DNA of 58,215 nt from an uncultured Chitinophagales bacterium. Lineage in GTDB: Bacteria > Bacteroidota > Bacteroidia > Chitinophagales > BACL12. The translations under genes were made by a program, and so were the position numbers. Positions 17,325 to 24,920 of the stretch are shown here, one piece after another (the first letter of the stretch is position 1; each line of letters begins with the position of its first letter). The notes under the pieces are model-generated. The model was given only the letters and a program-made list of their open reading frames with translations, had not been told where the DNA came from and did no database searches. The stretch spans positions 1-58,215 of the forward strand of contig CAYSDI010000006.1 of assembly GCA_964429745.1 (NCBI GenBank). The letters are read 5' to 3'.

Positions 17325-18482
17325 TTATACGTTCAGCCGATTCAACGCCTTGAGCCAGCGATCCGGAACTTCCTGGCGGGTAGCCAATTCGTAATCCTCG
17401 TAGGTGCAGGGCAGCAGCGCGTGGCGCTCGTGGCGGTCGTCTGGTTTGAAGGGCACCTCCATCCACCAGCGGCCGGAGCGGTCGCTTTTAAGGAAGGTAA
17501 GTTCGTAGCCGCCGGCGTCCAGCGTAACGCGATAGCGCGTGTAGTCTTGTGAATTGGCGTTGGGCAGGTCGTTTTTGCGGTTGTAAAATCCATCCACAAA
17601 GTACCAGATCATCTGAGCGGCCAGCGCTGCACCCAAACCGCGGCGGTCCAGGTCGGGCTCGTAGCCAAACAGCCCAAAGCAACTGAGTTTGTCGCTGATG
17701 CCGGAGAACCGCGCAATCTGGCAGGCTTCTTCACCAGACAAACCGTTCGGTCCGGTAAGCGTTGCCGCGGGAAAGTCTGCGGCCCGCAGCGCAAGGAGGT
17801 CAAAACTCAAAATGTCTGCGTCGCGCACCGCCGGTTCCACCTGGCGCATGTTCTCCCGCAACTGCCCCAACCGGAGGTGGTCAAAATGCAAGCGGTCCAT
17901 GCTCTTAATCATATCCGGCGAAATGAAATGGCTTTGGTAGCCAATGTGCGTGTAGTTGAACAGCCAGGAAGGCTCCCGGTCCAGCACATGCCACATCCAG
18001 GTGCGCGCGTTCACTTCTTCGCGGTCAATCAGGTCAATAAAGGCATCGACAGAAACCAGGTTAACCGATTGGCTGCGGGCCTCATAGGCTTCGTAAATCG
18101 GCAAGGTCAGCTCTTGCCCCCCCCCAAAAACCACGGGCACCACGCCCCGATCCAAGAGCACCCCCACCACTTCCCGCAAGGCGGCTCGCGTATCCCGCGG
18201 GGTGCGTCCGGGGATAATGTCCCCCAGGTCGGCCACGCGCTGGCCGTTGTGCCCGGCGGCGAGGCCGTAAAGCGCCCGCCGAATCCGGTCCGTGCCGCCG
18301 TCTGGCACATCCCGACCCGCCTGATCCCGTGTACCGGGTACGCCCACCAGGGCCAATTGGGCTTCAATGCCTTCGATATCGCCTTGGGGAAAGGCCGTTT
18401 CGTGGCCCCAGGTTCCGGGAAAAGTCCGCGAATCGCCGGTAACGCGTTCGGGATCTACTGCGCGCAGGATGTGGTTAAACAT
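17325..18482 (-). CDS. Arginase/formiminoglutamase-fold protein with degenerate metal-binding motifs
   Basis: The three ureohydrolase motifs can be placed, but they read FGGGQE (for GGDHS), DAFID (for DAHxD) and SFDLLALRAADFPA (for SxDxDxxDPxxAP). I chose the ATG at 18482 (MFNHILRAV...); the ORF is open to 18764, where it would overlap the divergent MscS gene. Confidence 0.7.
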   Translation of the reverse strand: MFNHILRAVDPERVTGDSRTFPGTWGHETAFPQGDIEGIEAQLALVGVPGTRDQAGRDVPDGGTDRIRRALYGLAAGHNGQRVADLGDIIPGRTPRDTRAALREVVGVLLDRGVVPVVFGGGQELTLPIYEAYEARSQSVNLVSVDAFIDLIDREEVNARTWMWHVLDREPSWLFNYTHIGYQSHFISPDMIKSMDRLHFDHLRLGQLRENMRQVEPAVRDADILSFDLLALRAADFPAATLTGPNGLSGEEACQIARFSGISDKLSCFGLFGYEPDLDRRGLGAALAAQMIWYFVDGFYNRKNDLPNANSQDYTRYRVTLDAGGYELTFLKSDRSGRWWMEVPFKPDDRHERHALLPCTYEDYELATRQEVPDRWLKALNRLNV

Positions 18483-18632
18483 GGTGCCGAAGTTAGTCCA
18501 GTCCGCAAGGGCGGAATCCACAGCTTGTTGCCCATTGTATGCTGGAAGGGGCAACGCGCAGCCCCCTTGCGCAACAACCCTTATTTTTGCAGCCCTGCCT
18601 TTTGTTGACCAACCCGGGCAGACTAAGGAACC

Positions 18633-19778
18633 ATGACGGATTTTCTCAACCAGATCTTTTTGGATAACAGCGTCCTCCAATGGGGCATCCTTGTCGGTGT
18701 TGTGCTGCTGGTGGTGCTGCTCAACCCTTTTCTGGGAAGAGTTATTGGAAAAATTGTATACCAATTATTTAGACGTGTAGCTCCGGAACGGGGAGAGCGC
18801 TTTACAGACCTGGTGCTCCGGCCACTGGAGTACCTGGCGGTCCTGACAGCCATTGGCACGGTGCTTTCCTTTATGAAGTACCCCACCGCACTGGACTTTG
18901 ATCTTTTTAACATCCATGTACACCGGATCCTTCAGATGACCATGGAGCTGCTGTTCATTGGCGCGGTTAGCTGGCTGGTGCTCCGAATGGTGGACTTTGT
19001 GGGCGAAGTGCTCCACCACAAAGCATCGCTTACGGAATCCACCCAGGACGATCAGTTCATTCTGTTCATCCGGGACGTACTCAAAGTACTCGTATACATA
19101 GCAATTATTTTTATACTGTTTGGGAGTGTGTTCGACATGAACATCAACTCGCTGCTGGCAGGGGCAGGGCTTGCCGGCCTTGCCGTGGCATTAGCCGCTC
19201 AAGACAGTTTGGCCAACCTCTTTGGCTCGCTCACCATTTTCTCGGAAAAGCCTTTCGTTATGGGCGATCTGGTAGAAACCAATGAAATTCTCGGCACGGT
19301 GGAAAAGGTCGGGTTCCGCTCCACAAGAATTCGAACGCTTGACAAAACATTTGTTACCCTGCCAAACCGCAAGGTGATGGAAAACCCCATCAACAACCTG
19401 AGCGAGCGCACCTTCAGACGGGTGCAGTACAACGTTGGCCTGCTTTACGGCACTCCTGTAGAGACCATCCGCAAGATTGTTGGCGAAATTCAAGCCTACT
19501 TGGACAGCCACGAAAAAACCACCGAAGACGGCATTGCTTCCTTCTACAACTACGGACCCAGTTCTCTCGATATCCAGGTGATCTACTTCATCAAGGTAAT
19601 CGAATACAATATGTATTTGAGAATGCGCGAGGAAGTCTCGCTGGAGATTATGCAAATCGTGTTGCGGAATGGGGGCGATTTTGCTTTCCCAACTACCACG
19701 ATTCACCTGGCCCAACAAGAAGCAGAAGCTCGCCGAGCGGAAGCTCGCCAAGCCGAGGCCCCCAAATCAGAAGTGTAA
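18633..19778 (+). CDS. Mechanosensitive ion channel family protein (MscS-like)
   Basis: N-terminal TM helices are followed by the pore helix and beta domain: LAGLAVALAAQDSLANLFGSLTIFSEKPFVMGDLVE...GTVEKVGFRSTRIRTLD. Confidence 0.85.
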   Translation: MTDFLNQIFLDNSVLQWGILVGVVLLVVLLNPFLGRVIGKIVYQLFRRVAPERGERFTDLVLRPLEYLAVLTAIGTVLSFMKYPTALDFDLFNIHVHRILQMTMELLFIGAVSWLVLRMVDFVGEVLHHKASLTESTQDDQFILFIRDVLKVLVYIAIIFILFGSVFDMNINSLLAGAGLAGLAVALAAQDSLANLFGSLTIFSEKPFVMGDLVETNEILGTVEKVGFRSTRIRTLDKTFVTLPNRKVMENPINNLSERTFRRVQYNVGLLYGTPVETIRKIVGEIQAYLDSHEKTTEDGIASFYNYGPSSLDIQVIYFIKVIEYNMYLRMREEVSLEIMQIVLRNGGDFAFPTTTIHLAQQEAEARRAEARQAEAPKSEV

Positions 19779-19811
19779 GCGTTGCGCCAAGGGGGGGGCT
19801 CCGCCGAACGC

Positions 19812-21713
19812 TCAACTGTTCACCCCAGCCTCTGCTGACTCAGCTTTCGGTGCCAGGAGCTCTACGCTGCGGTCTACGAAGTCGGTCAGGCGGCTGCCTT
19901 TGAGCATGCCCTGCGCCAGGAGGGCCAGGTCGTAAAGTTGTCGGGCCATGCGCGTGCGGTTTTCGCCCCGCGCGCGAAGCAACTTGGCAGTGACCGGGTG
20001 GTTGGTATTAACTACCACGTTGTAATGCTCGGGTTGTTCCGCCAAAAAGCTCATGCCATTGAAGGCCGCCATGTCGCGCATACGGCGCATCATTTCTGGT
20101 TTGATGATGGTCACGGCACCGTCTTGCGGACCCATCGGCTGCATCTGCACGAACACTTTTCCATCGGCAATCACCTCGGTGAATACCTCGCGAACTCTGT
20201 CCTGGTCTTTCTCGTCTAATACGGACTCAACCGTCTCGTCCTTGTCAATGAGCTTATCGGCCGTTTCAGCATCTACCCTAACAAAGCTTATGTTTTCAAC
20301 TTTCGACTCCGCGAAGCTCAAAAAGTGGTTGTCAATGACATTATCCACTTCCAATACATCGTAGCCCTTGCGCTGTGCAGCTTTAATGTAGGGGTCCTGC
20401 AACTCGCGATCGTTGGCGTACAAGGCTACAACCTTGCTGTTCTTGTCGGTCTGTTCCGGAGCAATCTTATCCTTGTATTCTTCAAGCGTTGCAAACTGGC
20501 CGCCAACGCTTTTGAGCAGGCAGAACTTGCGGGCGCGCTCTTCAAATTTCTCGTCCGTGAGCATGCCGTACTTGACAATGACCGAGAAATTCTCCCATTT
20601 GGCTTCAAAATCTGCGCGGTCTTTGCGGAACAAATCATCCAGGCGGTCAGCCACTTTGCGGGTGATGTAACCGGCAATCTTCTTGACGTTGCCATCGCTT
20701 TGCAAATAGCTGCGGGAAACGTTCAAAGGAATATCCGGGGAGTCAATGACCCCGTGCAGGAGCGTTAGCCATTCCGGCACAATGTCGCCCACTTCATCGG
20801 TGACGAAAACCTGGTTGCTGTAGAGCTGAATTTTGTTTTTCTGCACCTCCAACCCTTTTTTGATCCGGGGGAAGTACAAAATCCCGGTCAGATTGAAGGG
20901 GTAGTCCACGTTCAGGTGAATCCAAAACAGCGGCGGCTCCGCGAACGGATACAATTCGCGGTAAAAACTAAGGTAGTCTTCGTCCGTGAGGTCGGCAGGA
21001 GCTTTGGTCCAGGCTGGTGCGGTGTTGTTGATCAGATCCGGGACTTCAGTTTCTATCGCGTTATCCCCTTCGCCTTCTTTTTCCGTGCGCGTGCCGAACT
21101 GAATGGACACAGGCATGAACTTGGCGTACTTGTTGAGAAGCGCGCGAATGCGGTGCTCCTCCAGGAATTCCTTGTTCTCCTCGTCGGTGATGTGCAAGAC
21201 GATGTCGGTGCCCCGCTCCTCGCGGTCCGATTCTTCGAGCGTAAACTCCGGGCTGCCGTCGCAGGTCCAGCGGACGGCTGGCGTACCCTGGTAGCTGCGG
21301 GTCAGAATCTCCACCTGGCTGGCCACCATGAACGAGGAGTAAAACCCAAGGCCAAAATGCCCGATAATCGAGGCCGGATCCTGGCCCTTAAACTTGTCCA
21401 AAAACTCGGTTGCGCTCGAAAAAGCCACCTGATTGATGTAGCGCTTGACCTCATCGGCACTCATCCCGATCCCTTTGTCGCTGATGGTCAGCGTTCTGGC
21501 CTCCTTGTCCAGGCGAACCTCGATGGTGGTGTCGCCAATTTCGCCTTTCACATCGCCAATTGCCGCCAGTTTGCGCAGCTTTTGAGTGGCATCAACTGCA
21601 TTAGAGACCAATTCCCGCAGAAAAATCTCGTGGTCCGAGTACAGAAATTTCTTAATAATCGGGAAAATGTTCTCCGTCTGTACGGAGATCGTGCCTTTTT
21701 CAACGGTTGCCAT
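19812..21713 (-). CDS. htpG: Molecular chaperone HtpG (Hsp90)
   Basis: 633-aa ORF with FLRELVSNAVDA, GIGMS and GHFGLGFYSSFMV; it is collinear with HtpG along its full length. Confidence 0.95.
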   Translation of the reverse strand: MATVEKGTISVQTENIFPIIKKFLYSDHEIFLRELVSNAVDATQKLRKLAAIGDVKGEIGDTTIEVRLDKEARTLTISDKGIGMSADEVKRYINQVAFSSATEFLDKFKGQDPASIIGHFGLGFYSSFMVASQVEILTRSYQGTPAVRWTCDGSPEFTLEESDREERGTDIVLHITDEENKEFLEEHRIRALLNKYAKFMPVSIQFGTRTEKEGEGDNAIETEVPDLINNTAPAWTKAPADLTDEDYLSFYRELYPFAEPPLFWIHLNVDYPFNLTGILYFPRIKKGLEVQKNKIQLYSNQVFVTDEVGDIVPEWLTLLHGVIDSPDIPLNVSRSYLQSDGNVKKIAGYITRKVADRLDDLFRKDRADFEAKWENFSVIVKYGMLTDEKFEERARKFCLLKSVGGQFATLEEYKDKIAPEQTDKNSKVVALYANDRELQDPYIKAAQRKGYDVLEVDNVIDNHFLSFAESKVENISFVRVDAETADKLIDKDETVESVLDEKDQDRVREVFTEVIADGKVFVQMQPMGPQDGAVTIIKPEMMRRMRDMAAFNGMSFLAEQPEHYNVVVNTNHPVTAKLLRARGENRTRMARQLYDLALLAQGMLKGSRLTDFVDRSVELLAPKAESAEAGVNS

Positions 21714-21883
21714 GCTGGAGTGCTTTTAACGTTCTGTCTGGCCGGAGGCAAATGCTGTGCCATGCCCTAAACGGCGCAAAAATGCCCGGTTTTGCTGCCA
21801 AATTGGCGCAATTTTTCGGGCGAATGGCTATCGTGTCGGCCACAACCGCACTTCAACAGCCGACCTGCTGTCGGGAAACAACC

Positions 21884-24715
21884 CTAGTTGACCGTGGTGT
21901 TGGTGCCCTCTGCTTTGCGGACCAGATCGTCGCCCTTGCGGCGGGCGGCGTCCACAAGGCCATCTGCGCGTTTGTCCGTTTCGGCTAAGGCCTGGGCTTC
22001 CTTTTTATCTGCTTCAGCCTTGGCCTTGTCAGCCACCAGTTTTGCACCAGCTTTGGCTACGGGGTTTTTAACCTTGGCCAGTTCGGCATCAGCAGCTTTG
22101 TAGGCCGTTTCCTTGATTCGGGCAGACTCTGTGCGGGCATCCGCTTTGAGCTTGTCCGCTTGTTTCCGGGCCTCGGCAATCAGGCGGTCGCGCTCTTGTT
22201 TGGCTTTGGCAATCGCCTCAGCCTTGGTGTTGTCGATGGCCTCGTTAAGTTGCTCTTTGGCCTCTTCCACCACGGACTCCACCAGGTTGGCTGCGCCGCC
22301 GGCAAAAACCGGCCGAATGATCGGCTTAAGCACCGTCCCTGTAAATGCGATGGTGGCATCCAGCGTCTCGGGAACGGCAAAACCGGCAAGGGCCTGCTGA
22401 TTGAGCCCCAGCAAACCACCGACCGTTTGGCCAGCCGCCGCTCCAAAAAGCGACGTCGGAATTTTGCTGGTCATGGAGTAATCCAGGCTTTGATCCGCGA
22501 TGCCCATGGCTCCTCCTACTTTGGCTTGCATAGCCCCAATTTTTACATCAAAGGGCTCGGTGATCATTTTACCGTCCTCAATTTCATAAGTCAGGTTAAT
22601 GTTCTGCAGGGTGGCGTTGGCCAGCTCCTTGATTTTGAGTGTGGAAGCCAGCTTTGTCATGGGCTCAAAACCGCTGATGCTCACCTGGCTCGTGTTCAGC
22701 GTTCCCCTGCCCGTGATGCTGCTCATCACAGGCTCCATGTGCTCGTCTAACACGGCCTGCATGCCTAAGTTAGTGCTGAACTTGCCCTGGCAATAGCGGG
22801 CAATGGGGGCGAGCTTTTCAACCGTGTTCATGGCCTCGGCGGTGCGGGCAATATCCAGATTGGTGATAGCATAGGTCAGATCAACGCGCGGAGCCTTAGG
22901 ATCTTTAGTGTCGTAGCCTCCGGAGACGAGCACACTTCCCCCGAAAAGATTAAAAAACAACTCCTGCAGGTCCAGGCGCTGGTCGCTGATGCGCATGTTC
23001 CCGCGCACATTAGTGAGCGAAAGGTTCTGGTACAGCACCTCCGCCACGGTGGCCGTCAGCGAGAAATCCACGTTATCGGGCACGGTAATCACTGCCATTG
23101 AAGAGGGGGCTTGACCTTTGGTGGAGGTCGGGGCTTTTTCGTCAGTGGCGTCAGTGCTGGCCGGGGCCAGCTCGTTGAGGTCAATTTTATTGGCAGACAG
23201 CGTGAATTGCCCGCGAAGTTTTTCGTCTCGCAGCCAGTATTGGAGGTAGTTGTCCATTCGACCGCTCGCCTTGATGGCGCTGGAACCCAGGCTGCCGTCA
23301 AACTGATCCAGGCTCAGGAACTGCGGACTGAACGTCAAAAGCAGCGCCCGAATGCCCAGCGGAGAACCCAGCGACTCGTCCTGGTAGGTCATGTCCTTGA
23401 GTGTAAGCTGCCCATCGGCACTAAATTGCTCGTAACGCTGGTTTTCAATGGCACTAAGAGCGCCTTTGAGCTTGATGTCGGCGTCGAGCCGCCCTTTGAG
23501 CGTTTGCTCCATGGGCACCACCTGGCTGATAGTGGCTAAGTCCAGTTTTGCCTGGCACGCTGCGTCGATGAGCGGATCGCTCATGGCGTTGCTCAGGCGC
23601 ATGCGGGCGTTGATCGGGTTGCCGGCCATGGTCAACGACAACTGCTTAAGGTCGATAACCATTTTGTCCAGGTTGCTGCCGCCCGGGTAGTTCACCGACA
23701 AGTCCAATTGGATGTTCTCCGCGCTTTGGGGAAGATCGGGATAGCGAAAACGGCCGTCCTTGACGTTGGCCAGCAGCGAAATGGACGGGAGCGTTTCGCC
23801 CTGATAAATGCCTTTGACCTGCCCGTTGAACGCGGCGCTGCCGCTCATGTCTACCCCTTTCAAATCAGAGGCAAACTCGGCCGGAATGAGCGAAAGCAAC
23901 ATGGCCAGGTCGCTGCGCTTTGAACGCCAGGTAATGTCCATATCATAGCCTTTGCCAGGCATGGAGAGCCAGCCTTCAAAGCCCAAAACCAGTTGGTTAA
24001 TGCTCAGCTCATTTTCGCTGAAGCGGTAGGTATGGTTGGGCACATCCACTTCAATTATAGCCGCAAGCTCTAAATTTGCCTTTCTCAGATATGAAATACC
24101 GCCATACGCCACATCCAACGTACCGACACCCGTTTTGGTTTTGAGCGTGAACAGATCCTGCGTAAAATCACCAGAGCCAGTGTGCTCCAGGTTGTACAGC
24201 TCGGCACGGATATCCTGCTTGCGGTCTTCGTAAAAAATCTGACCTTTGCTGATCTGGTACTCTTTGAGCGCCAGGTGAAAAGGACTGGTTTCTGTTTCTG
24301 TCTCCGAAGGTTTAGTTATGTTGTAGTTGGCCGTGCCGTCTTTGAGCACCAACACAGAAACGACGGGCTCGTCCAAGCGCACCTTGAGCACCTCCATCTG
24401 TTCGCTCCATAGGCTTTTGATAGCAAGTGTTACAGAAAACCGGCCAATATTGGCCAGCTCCACGCCTTCGAACGGCGCGCGGTTGATAACGCGCACATCG
24501 TCAACCCGCGCACTCAAGTTGGGGAAACTGCGCAGTACGCTAAAACTCCATTTGCCCCAATCCACATCGGCGAGCAAGTTCTTGCTAACCTCCTCTTTGA
24601 TGGCCGCTTCGATCTGATCGCGAAAAATAATGGGCAGGACGATGGCCGCGGCTAAAACCACGACCAGGAAAATAGCAAATCCGAGGAAAACGCGCTTGAT
24701 GATTTTCATCAACAC
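21884..24715 (-). CDS. AsmA-family protein with a C-terminal Lys/Ala/Glu-rich helical tail
   Basis: 943-aa ORF with an N-terminal TM anchor (FLGFAIFLVVVLAAAIVLPIIF) and a long beta-rich AsmA-like body with repeated '...L.L..G.....' segments. The last ~129 aa are low-complexity K/A/E/D. Confidence 0.7.
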   Translation of the reverse strand: MLMKIIKRVFLGFAIFLVVVLAAAIVLPIIFRDQIEAAIKEEVSKNLLADVDWGKWSFSVLRSFPNLSARVDDVRVINRAPFEGVELANIGRFSVTLAIKSLWSEQMEVLKVRLDEPVVSVLVLKDGTANYNITKPSETETETSPFHLALKEYQISKGQIFYEDRKQDIRAELYNLEHTGSGDFTQDLFTLKTKTGVGTLDVAYGGISYLRKANLELAAIIEVDVPNHTYRFSENELSINQLVLGFEGWLSMPGKGYDMDITWRSKRSDLAMLLSLIPAEFASDLKGVDMSGSAAFNGQVKGIYQGETLPSISLLANVKDGRFRYPDLPQSAENIQLDLSVNYPGGSNLDKMVIDLKQLSLTMAGNPINARMRLSNAMSDPLIDAACQAKLDLATISQVVPMEQTLKGRLDADIKLKGALSAIENQRYEQFSADGQLTLKDMTYQDESLGSPLGIRALLLTFSPQFLSLDQFDGSLGSSAIKASGRMDNYLQYWLRDEKLRGQFTLSANKIDLNELAPASTDATDEKAPTSTKGQAPSSMAVITVPDNVDFSLTATVAEVLYQNLSLTNVRGNMRISDQRLDLQELFFNLFGGSVLVSGGYDTKDPKAPRVDLTYAITNLDIARTAEAMNTVEKLAPIARYCQGKFSTNLGMQAVLDEHMEPVMSSITGRGTLNTSQVSISGFEPMTKLASTLKIKELANATLQNINLTYEIEDGKMITEPFDVKIGAMQAKVGGAMGIADQSLDYSMTSKIPTSLFGAAAGQTVGGLLGLNQQALAGFAVPETLDATIAFTGTVLKPIIRPVFAGGAANLVESVVEEAKEQLNEAIDNTKAEAIAKAKQERDRLIAEARKQADKLKADARTESARIKETAYKAADAELAKVKNPVAKAGAKLVADKAKAEADKKEAQALAETDKRADGLVDAARRKGDDLVRKAEGTNTTVN

Positions 24716-24795
24716 AAGATTTTTAATGGTATGTTTTTCGTGGGAATGGCCACCGTCCTTTTAGCAACAGCTACACCGCGCCCGGCAGTTAAACC

Positions 24796-24834
24796 GGATA
24801 CTGCAGACGGATAGTGCAGACGGATAGTGCAGAG
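24796..24834. repeat. 3 x 13-bp tandem repeat (GGATACTGCAGAC / GGATAGTGCAGAC / GGATAGTGCAGAG)
   Basis: Read directly. It lies in the 205-bp spacer between the dsbD-like stop and the asmA-like start, 81 nt upstream of the asmA-like ATG (minus strand). Confidence 0.9.
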
Positions 24835-24920
24835 ACGCTGCTTTCAGCAAAAGCCCGGCGTTGCCTTGTTCCGTCTTGCGGCTCACCACTGCTGTCCGAA
24901 CTTCGGTTCTGAGCCACTGC

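Noticed and set aside
19791-19798. G8 homopolymer in the 33-bp spacer between the convergent MscS-like and htpG genes.
   Set aside because: It lies outside any coding region and downstream of both genes, so length changes would not alter a reading frame or a promoter. The flanking GCGTT/AACGC arms form only a weak stem.
21714-21883. CIRCE-like heat-shock operator upstream of htpG (GAGTGCT fragment at about 21722).
   Set aside because: Only one partial half-site is present, and there is no TTAGCACTC-N9-GAGTGCTAA inverted repeat.
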